A stretch of 64,000 bases of DNA from Betaproteobacteria bacterium. GTDB taxonomy: Bacteria; Pseudomonadota; Gammaproteobacteria; Burkholderiales; Usitatibacteraceae. Every line of letters starts with the position of its first letter. Within the stretch, counting starts at the first letter, position 1. The position numbers and the translations under genes are program-made. Where the stretch lies: positions 1,380 to 65,379 of the forward strand of contig JBDTWS010000002.1 in assembly GCA_040006575.1 (NCBI GenBank), read 5' to 3'. Below the pieces are notes generated by a model. The model ran no database searches, was not told where the DNA came from, and worked only from the letters and a program-made list of their open reading frames with translations. Shown here piece by piece: positions 36,219 through 46,286 of the stretch.

Positions 36219-37225
36219 TGCCGGGTTTCCGACGTGATGCCGAATGCGTGCACGATTTGCCTGTCGAACTCGAGCTGTTCGCGCGAAATGATGTCGCGGT
36301 AGTGATCGAACTCCGCAGAGCAGTGATCGAAGTCTTCGATCAACCGTTGCACCTGCCGGCCGAATTTTTCTACGAACGCCGCATCGTTGGTATCGAACTT
36401 GTAGGCCGCGGGAATCGGCACATCGATGTCGTTTCCGGCCGAACCATTCAGCCCGGTGATCACGCAACAGCCGTGTATCGCCGCTTCACGCGGCAGGCGA
36501 TCCTTGCCCGGATGATGTCCGAAATCCATATACATTTTTGAGCCCAGGAAAATATCGGCAAGCTGTTCGCGGTTGTAGCCGGCCAGGGGCATGAAATCCC
36601 AGTCCGGAAATGCCGCGATCAACTGCTGGGTAATTTTCTTTCCCTTGTGCGGATTGAACAGGATGCGATTGCTGCGCACGGCCATGGCGCGTTTGCCACG
36701 GACTTCCTGCAGATACGCGGGGGTGGTGTAGACCGGAATCGCGTCCGACAACAGCACACCGTCGATGCCGTTGCCGGCCAGGAATTTCATCGCGTAATCG
36801 CTTTGTGCAAAATTTTTCAGGTGCTTCAACGCCTGCACGCCGCCCCACGGCCTCAGGCCCTTCAGTGTGTATTTGAAATAGCGGATCTTGTCGCGCCACG
36901 GATGGCCGTATCGCACGCAGGTGAAATTGTTGACCGACATCCACCAGATCGCTGCCACGGCGTGCCGAACTTTCAGGGCATAGGTGGTCACGATTTCAGG
37001 GAAAACAATCAGCTCCCCGGCGACATCGCGATACGGGACGACGGGCGCATGGTATTTGCGATACGGCACGGCCGTGTCGAACGTGCGGTCAAACGGGAAA
37101 TACACCACCGCGGCCGGCTGGCCCAGGCGAACCAGGTCCGCCACCAGCTGGTGAATCGCTTCGGGACCGGCGGTCATCGCGTTGCCCGGGCACGCCACCA
37201 AAACGGTTTTGTAGTGACCGGCCAT
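36215..37225 (-). CDS. uncharacterised protein, possibly a divergent GT-B glycosyltransferase
   Basis: First gene of the minus-strand LPS operon. The C-terminal GKDRLPREAAIHGCCVITG resembles the GT-B nucleotide-sugar binding loop. I recognise no family confidently. AGGA lies 9-10 nt before the ATG at 37225. Confidence 0.5.
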   Translation of the reverse strand: MAGHYKTVLVACPGNAMTAGPEAIHQLVADLVRLGQPAAVVYFPFDRTFDTAVPYRKYHAPVVPYRDVAGELIVFPEIVTTYALKVRHAVAAIWWMSVNNFTCVRYGHPWRDKIRYFKYTLKGLRPWGGVQALKHLKNFAQSDYAMKFLAGNGIDGVLLSDAIPVYTTPAYLQEVRGKRAMAVRSNRILFNPHKGKKITQQLIAAFPDWDFMPLAGYNREQLADIFLGSKMYMDFGHHPGKDRLPREAAIHGCCVITGLNGSAGNDIDVPIPAAYKFDTNDAAFVEKFGRQVQRLIEDFDHCSAEFDHYRDIISREQLEFDRQIVHAFGITSETRQ

Positions 37226-37342
37226 CTGCATTTTCCTGTACGGCTCCGGTAGCTTCGGCTCCAGGATTGGAGAAGGGATGAGAGTATTGCGGCGGGAGAG
37301 GCAAATAATACTAAAATCCTGCTAAACAATGGATAAATAATC

Positions 37343-38695
37343 GTGGCCTTGCTGACTCGTTTTTTCGACGGTTTCGTCGATCCCAAGGCCCTCTCGTTCG
37401 GCTTGCCGGCGAAGCCGGTGGTATCAGGCAAGCGGCTGGCGGAAACGCCGCTGGAATGGGCCGTGCTGCTGGCGCTGCTGATGGCCCCGGTGGTATATCT
37501 CAGCGTCCGGCACGGCATCCACGCCTGTCTTTACCTGCTCGTCGCGCTGGCCGCATATCAATTCGTTAAATATCCGGACTTGTATCGGCGCGACATGTCG
37601 GAGCCCTGGGTCGGTCCGCTGATGCTGGCGTTTGCAGGATTGTTCCTGGCGACGGCTATCACCCAGATCGCCGGGCAAAATTTCCATCTCGCCTCATTTG
37701 ACAGTCCGTCCAAGATCCTGCTGGGCGGCGCGGTGTTCTTGTTCCTGCGCCGGCGCAGTATTTCCTTTGTCCGCACGCTCGAATGGAGTCTCCCCGCCGG
37801 GCTGTTGCTGACGCGCATGATCATCTGGCTGTATCCCGGTGCGATCGCCAACTGGGACGGGATCCGCTATGCGACCAGTTTTGTCGACCCCAATTCGCTG
37901 GGCAGCCAGAGCCTGATCCTGACCATGCTGTGCCTGTTTTCGATCGGCCTTTTCGGCAAGGAACGCCCTTTGCTGCTGTTACTGAAAATTGCCGGCGTGG
38001 TGGTGGGGTTGGAGATCGCAATCCATGCCGGGTCGCGCGGCGCCTGGATGGCGATGCCGCCCATGTTGGTGTTGTGGGTGGTGCTGTATTTCTGCCGCAC
38101 GAAAGAAACCGGCTTCGCGCGCTACTTTGTTCCACTCAGCCTGTTCACCATTGCGATCCTGGGCATGTCGCTGGGGTATGACGCGATAGGCACCAGCCGC
38201 GGCACCAGCGCCTTTGAGGCGCTGTGCGACTGGGCCACCGGCCGCAACCTGGAAGGGCCGGTGGGACTGCGCCTGTCGATCTGGAAAATCTCATTTGCAC
38301 TCGCGCAGGACAGCCCGTGGATCGGTTATGGCAAGACCAACTTCAGCCTGCTGCTGGCCAACTATCCCGAGAACATCCCGGCGCTTCGCAGTGCGATCGA
38401 CACACTTTCATTTGCGGGACCGCACAGCGATATCCTCGCCAAGCAACTGTCGATGGGCCTGATTGGACTGTTCGCCTATTTCGCCACCTTGCTGGTACCT
38501 GCCCTTTATTTTTGGCGCCATCGCCGCGATGCAGATGTGGACCGCCATGTCGCCGCCCACCTGGGAATGTATTTTGTCGCCGGCATTTTTGTCTGCGGCT
38601 TGTCCAATGAAATGTTGTCCCTCAAGTACCTGTGTTCGTTCTTCGCGCTGATGGTGGCCGGCCTCGCGGCCGACGTGGCGCGGCGCGGAAGGTAG
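37343..38695 (+). CDS. O-antigen ligase family (Wzy_C domain) membrane protein
   Basis: About 10-12 hydrophobic segments. The periplasmic loop HAGSRGAWMAMPP is typical of the WaaL/O-antigen ligase family. GTG start. Confidence 0.8.
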   Translation: MALLTRFFDGFVDPKALSFGLPAKPVVSGKRLAETPLEWAVLLALLMAPVVYLSVRHGIHACLYLLVALAAYQFVKYPDLYRRDMSEPWVGPLMLAFAGLFLATAITQIAGQNFHLASFDSPSKILLGGAVFLFLRRRSISFVRTLEWSLPAGLLLTRMIIWLYPGAIANWDGIRYATSFVDPNSLGSQSLILTMLCLFSIGLFGKERPLLLLLKIAGVVVGLEIAIHAGSRGAWMAMPPMLVLWVVLYFCRTKETGFARYFVPLSLFTIAILGMSLGYDAIGTSRGTSAFEALCDWATGRNLEGPVGLRLSIWKISFALAQDSPWIGYGKTNFSLLLANYPENIPALRSAIDTLSFAGPHSDILAKQLSMGLIGLFAYFATLLVPALYFWRHRRDADVDRHVAAHLGMYFVAGIFVCGLSNEMLSLKYLCSFFALMVAGLAADVARRGR

Positions 38696-38727
38696 CGCTG
38701 ATGTTGCCCCAACGGTAAAGTAGCCCC

Positions 38728-39552
38728 ATGTCCACACCCTCCTATTCGATTACCTTCGCCTGCTACAACGCGGTCAAATACACACGTATGTGCGTCGACA
38801 GCATGCTGAAACATGGCACGCGGCTGGATCGGCTTATCGTCGTGGACAACGGCTCCAGCGACGACACGCGCGCCTACCTGCAATCGCTGCCGGTAGGCGA
38901 GCGTATTTTCAACAAGCAGAACCTGGGCTGCGGCGTGGCATGGAACCAGGGTGTGCTGGCGCAGCAGGCCGAGTGGTCGATCATCATGAACAACGACGTG
39001 CTGGTCTCGCCAGGGTGGGTCGAATCGCTGATCGAGACGGCGCAGCGCAAACAGCTAAAAATCATTTCGCCGTCGTTGATCGAAGGCCCGCTCGACTACG
39101 ATTTCGAGGAATTCGCGCCGCGTGCCGCCGCCACCATGCACGATGTACTGCGCATCGGCAATCCGCATGCGGTCTGCCTCGCGGTTCACGAATCGGTATG
39201 GGCCGAGATCGGCTACTTCCAGCCCACGCCGAAGCTGTGGGGTTTTGAAGACACGATGTTTTTTCACGCCGCGAAAAAAGCCGGCATCCCCATGGCGCTC
39301 ACCGGCGCCAGCTGGCTGCATCATTTCGGTTCCATCACGCAATCGGAAATGAAACGCGAGCGCGGGCTGACCGAAAAACAGGCGCTGGGCGATCGCTACA
39401 ATTATCGCCAGTTGCACCAGGGTTGGCTTGAACGAAAATTGCAGAAGCGCCAGAAAGTGGCCAACCTCAAGGCGTGGCGCAACAGCGAACTGGACAAGTA
39501 CGGCATGACACTGCATGGCATCCGAGAGAACGGGCAATTCAAATGGTTGTGA
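38728..39552 (+). CDS. glycosyltransferase family 2
   Basis: SITFACYN, VVDNGSSDDT, NLGCGVAWNQG, NNDV and FEDTMFF motifs. Confidence 0.85.
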   Translation: MSTPSYSITFACYNAVKYTRMCVDSMLKHGTRLDRLIVVDNGSSDDTRAYLQSLPVGERIFNKQNLGCGVAWNQGVLAQQAEWSIIMNNDVLVSPGWVESLIETAQRKQLKIISPSLIEGPLDYDFEEFAPRAAATMHDVLRIGNPHAVCLAVHESVWAEIGYFQPTPKLWGFEDTMFFHAAKKAGIPMALTGASWLHHFGSITQSEMKRERGLTEKQALGDRYNYRQLHQGWLERKLQKRQKVANLKAWRNSELDKYGMTLHGIRENGQFKWL

Positions 39553-39667
39553 ACTGTTCCCAGCTGCCATCAACTTCCTGATCCCGCATCCAGCCGCAAA
39601 TTGCTACAGTCGCCGTTCCGCTTTCCCGTTATTCTCTCGCAGGCTCAATTTCCCCCCGGAGTTTTCC

Positions 39668-42600
39668 ATGAAATATCACGCCGCCTTGATGGGCGCTTTG
39701 TTGGGCGCAGCAATGATGGGTCACGCACAAACCGCGGGCACGCCGGTGCAACCCGGTTATTTCCGACAGCCCGCCATCAACGCGAACAACATCGTATTTG
39801 TTGCCGAGGGCGACCTGTGGCGCACGGGTGTCAGCGGTGGAACTGCCCAGCGGCTGACGAGCAACTTCGCCGCCGAATCCAATCCGGCGATTTCTCCCGA
39901 TGGAACGCAGCTCGCCTTCACCGGCCGCTATGAAGGACCGGCCGAGGTGTATGTCATGCCACTGTCCGGAGGCACGCCAAAGCGGCTTACGTTCGACGGT
40001 GATACCGCCCTCGTACAAGGGTGGACACAGGACGGCCGCGTGCTCTACAACTCGCCGCGCCAATCGGGCAAGCCTGACCTGCGCCTGTACACCATTCATC
40101 CCGCGACACGCGAGGTCAAACCGGTGCCGCTCAGCGAAGCCGCGGAGGGCTGTTACACCGGCACGTCGCTGTACTTCACGCGGCGGGGCGCGATCTCCGA
40201 CAACGTCAAGGGATACAAAGGCGGCCTCGCGCAGAGCATCTGGAAATTCGATGAGGGCAGGGAAGCAGTGCCGTTGACGAAGTCGCACGGCGGCACCAGC
40301 CGGCAGCCGATGTGCGCGGCGGGAAGGATTTATTTCCTCAGCGATCGCGACGGCACGATGAATATCTGGTCGTTGAATAATGCGGGCGCGGACCTGCAGC
40401 AACACACCGCACACCGCGATTTCGACATTCGCGGCGCATCCATTTCCCCCGATGGAAAGATTGCGTATCAGCGTGGCGCGGATTTGTATTTGTTCGATAC
40501 CACCGCCACCGCTGACAAACGCGACGCTTTGATCACCATTAACCTGCAATCGGATTTCGAACAACTGCGCACGCGCTGGGTGAAAACGCCGTGGGACTTT
40601 GTCACGGCCGTCGAAGTCTCGCCCAACGGCGACCGCGTGGTGCTCACCGCGCGCGGACAGGCATTCGTGGCGCCGGTCGGCGTGGGACGCCGCGTTGAAG
40701 CGACGCGCGTTTCAGATGTGCGCATTCGCAGCGCCGCGTTTTCGGCGGACGGCAAATCCATTCTCGCGTTTGGTGACCGTAGCGGTGAGATGGAGTTGTG
40801 GCGCTATCCCGCCAACGGTGTCGGTGAAGGAAAACAGCTGACCAAAAACGCGACGGTTTTGCGCCAGCGCTTCTGGCCCTCGCCTGATGGAAAGTGGATC
40901 GCGCATGTGGACAAGGACCGTCGCCTGTATCTGCTCAATCCTGCCAATGGCGAGGAGCGTGAAATCGACCGCGCCGCGTTCGGCCTGCATGATGACGTTC
41001 AGTGGTCTTCGGACAGCCGTTGGATCGTGCTGGAAAAAGGCACGCGCAGTGGCTTCCAGAGCCTTACGTTGATGGATGTCGCGGGGCGTAACAAGACGGC
41101 GCTCACCAGTGAGCGCTATCACGCACACGATGCGGCCTTCAGCCCCGACGGAAAATGGCTCTATTTCATGAGCGACCGGCATTTGCAAAGCGTGGTCGGC
41201 AGCCCGTGGGGGCCGCGTAATCCGGAACCGTTCTTTGACCGGCAGACAAAGATCTATGCGCTGGCGCTGGACACCGCTGCGCGCTGGCCGTTCCTGCCGA
41301 AGGATGAATTGCAACGGGCCGACCCGGAGAAGAAACCGGATACCGTGAAGACGATTGAAGTCGAAAAGAAAACGGTCCCCGAGAAAAAACCGGCAACCGA
41401 CAAAAAGCCTGAGCAGGCACAGCCACCAAAGCCAGCGGAGCCGGGTGAACCGGTTCACCCGAAAGGCGACAGCGTGACGGAAGCTACCGCCGACGTAAAG
41501 TCCGATTCAAAACCCGGCAGCGGATCGCCGGGTGCGGCGCCCGCTTCGGCCACCGCCGTCAATATCCGGCTTGAGGGACTCACCACGCGTCTCTACGAAG
41601 TACCCGTCCCGCCCGGCAATTACAACCAGCTCACCACGGACGGCAAACGCCTGTATTTCCTCGTGGCCGATTCAACTTCGGATCAAAAGAAATCGCTGCG
41701 CTCGGTAGCCATCGAGGCGCCGAATCCTGCGCCGCCGGCAATTGACTTGTTTTTCGACGATGTGCGTTCCTACCAGCTGAGCCAGGATCGCAAGAAGATC
41801 CTGATCCGCAGGGCCAATGACCTGTGGGTATTCGACGCCGGCAAATCTCCGCCGCCGCCAGCCGACCAGGGCAAATTCGCGGTGAACCTGCGCGACTGGA
41901 CTTTTCCGGTGGATCCCCGCGAGGAATGGAAACAGATGTTCGTCGATGCATGGCGCATGCATCGCGATTATTTCTACGACAAGAACATGCAGGGCGCGGA
42001 CTGGAAAAAAGTGCGCAGCCATTACGAGCCGCTGGTGGCGCGTGTGACCGAGCGCTCCGAGCTGAATGATGTGTTAGGTCAGATGACTGCCGAGGCCGCT
42101 GCGCTGCACAGCCAGGTGGGTGCGTCCGACGTGCGCAAAGGCGCGGACGCCATCGATGTGGCCGGACTGGCGGCTGATATGGTGATGACCGACACCGGGT
42201 TCCGCGTGACGCGTCTCTACCAGGGCGATCCGGAATTGCTCGACGAGCGCGGTCCGCTGGCAAAGAGCGAAGTTGCCATCGTTCCCGGCGAGACCATCAC
42301 TGCGGTGAACGGCGTGCCGGCAAAATCGGCGCGCGCCATCGGCGAGCTGTTGCGCAACCAGGTGGGCAAACAGGTTTTGCTGGCGGTGACGTCGGCGAAC
42401 GGCCGTAGCCGTGACGTGATCGTCACGCCGGTCACCACCCGCCGCGACCGCGAGCTGCGCTACCTGGCATGGGAGCGCGACCGGCAGGCCATGGTCGACA
42501 AGGGGGGCAACAATCGCATCGGCTATGTGCATCTGCAGGCGATGGGCGCCACCGACATCGCGCGCTGGGCGCGTGAGTTTTACCCGGTGATCCAGCGCGA

Positions 42601-43129
42601 CGGCCTCATCATCGACCTGCGAAACAATCGCGGCGGCAACATCGATTCCTGGATCATCGAAAAACTCCAGCGCCGCACATGGCAGTTCTGGCAATCGCGC
42701 GATACGGATGAGCCGTTCACCAACCAGCAGGCGGTGTTCCGCGGCCACACGGTGGCGCTGATCGATGCCAACACGTATTCCGATGGCGAGACCATGGCGC
42801 AGGGGCTGCGGAGGCTGGGTATCGCACCACTGATCGGCATGACCACGGCCGGGGCGGGGATCTGGCTTTCCGACCAGAACACGTTGCGCGATAACGGGAT
42901 CGCGCGCGTCGCGGAATTCGGCTCGTTTGTCGATGACGGGAAAGAGCGCGCGTGGATCACGGAAGGTATCGGCGTGGCGCCGGATATGGAAGTCGACAAT
43001 CTCCCGCACGCGACTTTCAACGGCGGCGACGCGCAGCTGGAGGCGGCGATTCGCTATCTGTCGGAAAAGATCGCGAAAGAGCCGGTGAGAGCGCCGGTGG
43101 TGCCGGCGTTTCCGGTGAGAAAGAAGTAA
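39668..43129 (+). CDS. tricorn-protease-like periplasmic S41 peptidase (beta-propellers + PDZ + S41)
   Basis: ATG at 39668 gives the signal peptide MKYHAALMGALLGAAMMGHAQT. Repeated PD40/TolB-like segments (SPDG..., FSPDGKW). C-terminal IIDLRNNRGGNID and IDANTYSDGE form the S41 core. Confidence 0.85.
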   Translation: MKYHAALMGALLGAAMMGHAQTAGTPVQPGYFRQPAINANNIVFVAEGDLWRTGVSGGTAQRLTSNFAAESNPAISPDGTQLAFTGRYEGPAEVYVMPLSGGTPKRLTFDGDTALVQGWTQDGRVLYNSPRQSGKPDLRLYTIHPATREVKPVPLSEAAEGCYTGTSLYFTRRGAISDNVKGYKGGLAQSIWKFDEGREAVPLTKSHGGTSRQPMCAAGRIYFLSDRDGTMNIWSLNNAGADLQQHTAHRDFDIRGASISPDGKIAYQRGADLYLFDTTATADKRDALITINLQSDFEQLRTRWVKTPWDFVTAVEVSPNGDRVVLTARGQAFVAPVGVGRRVEATRVSDVRIRSAAFSADGKSILAFGDRSGEMELWRYPANGVGEGKQLTKNATVLRQRFWPSPDGKWIAHVDKDRRLYLLNPANGEEREIDRAAFGLHDDVQWSSDSRWIVLEKGTRSGFQSLTLMDVAGRNKTALTSERYHAHDAAFSPDGKWLYFMSDRHLQSVVGSPWGPRNPEPFFDRQTKIYALALDTAARWPFLPKDELQRADPEKKPDTVKTIEVEKKTVPEKKPATDKKPEQAQPPKPAEPGEPVHPKGDSVTEATADVKSDSKPGSGSPGAAPASATAVNIRLEGLTTRLYEVPVPPGNYNQLTTDGKRLYFLVADSTSDQKKSLRSVAIEAPNPAPPAIDLFFDDVRSYQLSQDRKKILIRRANDLWVFDAGKSPPPPADQGKFAVNLRDWTFPVDPREEWKQMFVDAWRMHRDYFYDKNMQGADWKKVRSHYEPLVARVTERSELNDVLGQMTAEAAALHSQVGASDVRKGADAIDVAGLAADMVMTDTGFRVTRLYQGDPELLDERGPLAKSEVAIVPGETITAVNGVPAKSARAIGELLRNQVGKQVLLAVTSANGRSRDVIVTPVTTRRDRELRYLAWERDRQAMVDKGGNNRIGYVHLQAMGATDIARWAREFYPVIQRDGLIIDLRNNRGGNIDSWIIEKLQRRTWQFWQSRDTDEPFTNQQAVFRGHTVALIDANTYSDGETMAQGLRRLGIAPLIGMTTAGAGIWLSDQNTLRDNGIARVAEFGSFVDDGKERAWITEGIGVAPDMEVDNLPHATFNGGDAQLEAAIRYLSEKIAKEPVRAPVVPAFPVRKK

Positions 43130-43409
43130 AAGTCCAGCATTGGTGCGGCTTTCGGGCCAAAAGTGGCTGAAAAGGCGCCCCAATGCTGGAGTTTGATGCG
43201 TGAAGAAGGATGCGCCCCATGCCGGGTGGAACAGGTTTCTGTATTTCGCGGCTGTTGGTTTGCGGTGGGTCGCGCTTTCGAGATGCCCGTCTTATCTATG
43301 AATTCCATCCGTACATGGGTAATAAATTACGCGGTTCTATCTTACCCAAGACGGCAACATGGCAACGTGCCGAAGCCCTCTCCAACCTGTGCCTACGACC
43401 CCACCCTGA

Positions 43410-43610
43410 TTGCCGTGGGTGAGGCGATTCGCGCTGCGCAAGAAGTTGAGCTTGTCGCAGGAAGGCCTGGCGGCGGAAGCGAAACGGGACCGAGCCTATG
43501 TTTCCGGCATCGAGCGCGGTGAACACAACGTCGCTGTGATAAATCTCAGCAAACTTGCCATAGCCTTGAACATGAGCCTGCAGGACTTGATGCGGCTGGC
43601 GAAGATCTGA
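43410..43610 (+). CDS. XRE-family helix-turn-helix protein (short; possibly N-terminally disrupted)
   Basis: LSLSQEGLAAEAKRDRAYVSGIERGEHNVAVINLSKLAIALNMSLQDLM matches the HTH_3 consensus pattern. TTG start. See the finding on a possible frameshift. Confidence 0.5.
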   Translation: MPWVRRFALRKKLSLSQEGLAAEAKRDRAYVSGIERGEHNVAVINLSKLAIALNMSLQDLMRLAKI

Positions 43611-43673
43611 CCCGCAGCACCGCCTGCTGCCTGTGAGCAGCAGCGTCAAGCCGGTGCAGAAGCCATGCGGCGA

Positions 43674-44333
43674 CTATCGGGATCGCGGAAACAGCAGCGC
43701 AAATAATTCGCGGACGCGCGGCGACAGATTCTCGGGGTCGGGAACGAGCAATTCCTCGTCGGGCACCAGCACCTTGGCATAGAGCGCCTCGTACACACGC
43801 TTGATCACACCTTCACCGACAATCTCCCGGTCGTAGCCCGGGGTCACGCCGACCAGCTGATAACCGGCGCGCTCGAGAGCCAGCTGCATGTGCGGCGTCT
43901 TCAAAGTCGCCAGGTTGTAGATGAACCCCGCACCGATATGACGGCCGATGGCCTCGCCCAGCTCCATGGCGCGCACGGCGAGACGCGCATTGCGATGTGC
44001 TGGCGCGATCATGCCGATTTTTCCATAGAGCGAGAGCGCATCCGGCTCACGCTCCCATGAGCCGAATCCCACCAGTTCATCGCCATGGCGAATGATGATG
44101 GCGAGCACGTTCTTCCCGTCTTCCGATGCCGCGTCCGTTTCGTCGAAGCTCACCTGCGTTTCATAGTAGGTTTCGCGGAGGAAACAACTCGCGACGCCCA
44201 CACCGACGGCGGGAAACCAGGATCGTATCGCGGCAATGGCTTCGGGTATTTCTTGGCGTTGCAGTCGCTGCCAGCGATACCCGTCCGGCAACGGCATCAT
44301 CGCTTGCAATTTGTCTGTGTCTGGCCATCTCAT
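43674..44333 (-). CDS. GNAT-family N-acetyltransferase (putative)
   Basis: Acetyl-CoA-binding-like segment HRNARLAVRAMELGEAIGRHIGAGFIY followed by ALERAGYQLVG. The family-level call is weak. Confidence 0.5.
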   Translation of the reverse strand: MRWPDTDKLQAMMPLPDGYRWQRLQRQEIPEAIAAIRSWFPAVGVGVASCFLRETYYETQVSFDETDAASEDGKNVLAIIIRHGDELVGFGSWEREPDALSLYGKIGMIAPAHRNARLAVRAMELGEAIGRHIGAGFIYNLATLKTPHMQLALERAGYQLVGVTPGYDREIVGEGVIKRVYEALYAKVLVPDEELLVPDPENLSPRVRELFALLFPRSR

Positions 44334-44511
44334 GGCGGTCTCCTGGCTGGGGTTGGTTGATCGGTAGGGCCTGTGCGCGGCAATGTAGCCCGCAGCACCT
44401 TACCGATGCCTTACGTTTCCCAGGTGACGCGACAGGAAATCACTTACGATGCGATGGCGGAGCCGTTGGCGAGTACCCCAATCGAGAATGCATGTGGCGC
44501 GATGCCGGTCG

Positions 44512-45312
44512 TTACAAGTGATTCCTCACCCAGCGTTTCCACTCATCAAACAACGCCGGATGCCGCGCGGCAATGACCGATTTCGACCAGTCGCCTGTGC
44601 CATCGCTGCGCCAGTAATCATCGTGGTGCAACGTGGCGATGCGGCCACCCGATTCCTCCAGGATCAACGCGCCCGCCGCGTAATCCCAAGGCTGTTCGCC
44701 CGCGTGCAGGAACGCGTCCACGCGACCGCACGCCATGTGGCACCACTGCAAGACCGACGCGCCGCTCATGGTGATTTTTCGGCCCGGCTTGTTTTCAAAT
44801 AACGCCACACCCAGCCGGCCCAGCCGCTTGAATCGCCCTACCTCGATCAATGCTTCGGACAAATGTTTGGTCGCCGATTGCTTGATGCGCTTGCCGTCAA
44901 GGCAGGCGCCGCCATGGCGCACGGCGTGGAAAACTTCGCCCGTGTTGGGATCAAGCACCACACCGAATACGCTCATGCGCTTATGCATCAGCGCGACAGA
45001 AATGCCGAAATAACGTTTGCCATTGGCGAAATTGGCGGTGCCGTCCAGCGGGTCCACACACCAGCACCACTCGGCCTCGCGCCAGATGCGGCGCTGTTCC
45101 GCTTCGGGCATTTCCTCGCCCAGCACCGGGCAATCGTAGAGTTTCGGCAGCGCAGCGGCCAGCACGGCTTCGACCGCGCGATCGGCTTCAGTCACGATCG
45201 AGCCATCGTGTTTTTTCTCGGCGTGTACGTGCTTGAAACGCGGCATCAGTTCTTTCGCCGCGACCTCGCGCATCAGCGTGATCACGGCCAGGATGATGGT
45301 GGCCCACTGCAT
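44512..45312 (-). CDS. inositol monophosphatase family protein (SuhB/CysQ-like)
   Basis: GEEMPE, VDPLDGTANF and WDYAAGALILEESGG motifs. ATG at 45312 gives a ~266-aa protein, as for SuhB. Alternative starts at 45378 and 45525 are less likely. Confidence 0.85.
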   Translation of the reverse strand: MQWATIILAVITLMREVAAKELMPRFKHVHAEKKHDGSIVTEADRAVEAVLAAALPKLYDCPVLGEEMPEAEQRRIWREAEWCWCVDPLDGTANFANGKRYFGISVALMHKRMSVFGVVLDPNTGEVFHAVRHGGACLDGKRIKQSATKHLSEALIEVGRFKRLGRLGVALFENKPGRKITMSGASVLQWCHMACGRVDAFLHAGEQPWDYAAGALILEESGGRIATLHHDDYWRSDGTGDWSKSVIAARHPALFDEWKRWVRNHL

Positions 45313-45533
45313 ATCGACATGCGCGGACGGCTCGTACAGGACGCAATTTTCAGGAGAGGCGGAATCGACAAGAGACATGAGGAGGGCGCTGGATTGCGCG
45401 AGTGTGCGCGACGGCGGCGCCGCTATAATACTCCTCCCTGAGACGAGGATTCCCGGCTTTTGTTCCTGCGCACCGGGCAATTCCGAGCCTTGACCGATCC
45501 CGCACATCGCTTTTCTCCACGCCAATATCGCCT

Positions 45534-46286
45534 GTGATTACGCCGCGTTTTTTCCATTCGCACACTTTGCCGCGGCCTGCCGCTGCGGGTGCGGATTTGC
45601 GCGTAGAGATCGAACTGAATGAAGAAATCGCCCGGCACCTGCAGGTGTTGCGCCTCGCGGCGGGCGAACAGATTGCCCTGTTCGACGGGCAGGGCGGCGA
45701 ATGGGCCGCATCCATTTCCGCGATAGGCAAACGCAATGCAACCGTGCAGTTACTGGCGTTCGATGCGGTAGAGCGTGAATCGCCCTTGTCCATCATGCTG
45801 GTGCAGGCATTGGCCACCAGTGACAAGATGGATTTCATTGTGCAGAAAGCGGTCGAGCTGGGTGTGACGAGCATTCAACCGCTCGCCACTGAGCGCGCCA
45901 CCCTGAAGCTCACCGGTGAACGCGAACAAAAGCGCATGGCGCACTGGCAGGCGGTCGCGCAGTCGGCGTGCGAACAGTGCGGGCGCAATCGTGTGCCGGT
46001 GGTGGCGGGATTGATGTCCCTTGAGGCGTGGCTGGCCACGCCGGCCAACAGCCTGCGCCTGATGCTTCATCCCGACGCAGACATTTCATTGACGCAGGCG
46101 GTAGCGCCGCAACAGGCGCTGTCGCTGGTCGTCGGACCCGAGGGTGGATTCTCGCCCAGGGAAATTGCATTGGCGGCGCAGCATGGTGTCCAGACGGCAC
46201 GTTTTGGGTCACGAGTATTGCGAACCGAAACCGCCGCACTCGCGGCCCTCGCAGCGCTGAACGCCCTGCATGGCGACCTTGGGTAA
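45534..46286 (+). CDS. rsmE: 16S rRNA (uracil1498-N3)-methyltransferase
   Basis: GTG start with MITPRFFH. PUA-like N-domain. SPOUT C-terminal motifs LVVGPEGGFSPREI and LGSRVLRTETAALAAL. Confidence 0.85.
   Translation: MITPRFFHSHTLPRPAAAGADLRVEIELNEEIARHLQVLRLAAGEQIALFDGQGGEWAASISAIGKRNATVQLLAFDAVERESPLSIMLVQALATSDKMDFIVQKAVELGVTSIQPLATERATLKLTGEREQKRMAHWQAVAQSACEQCGRNRVPVVAGLMSLEAWLATPANSLRLMLHPDADISLTQAVAPQQALSLVVGPEGGFSPREIALAAQHGVQTARFGSRVLRTETAALAALAALNALHGDLG

Noticed and set aside
33284-36467. N-terminal extensions in the ORF track that create long gene overlaps: msbA to 35107, GT9 to 36467, tricorn-like from 39515, GT4 to 30204, rfbA from 1157, argA from 46347, GNAT from 58835, and the methyltransferase from 59389.
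   Set aside because: The extensions are Arg/Cys/Pro-rich and lack family similarity. Internal starts restore canonical N-termini and give typical 4-nt or short overlaps with neighbouring genes.
43410-44333. The XRE HTH gene next to a GNAT gene, considered as a possible GNAT-toxin/antitoxin pair (TacT/AtaT-like).
   Set aside because: The genes are convergent (+ then -) and separated, so they are not co-transcribed. The GNAT is about 219 aa with an extra N-terminal region, unlike the compact ~160-175 aa GNAT toxins. There is no upstream RHH or HTH partner in an operon with it.
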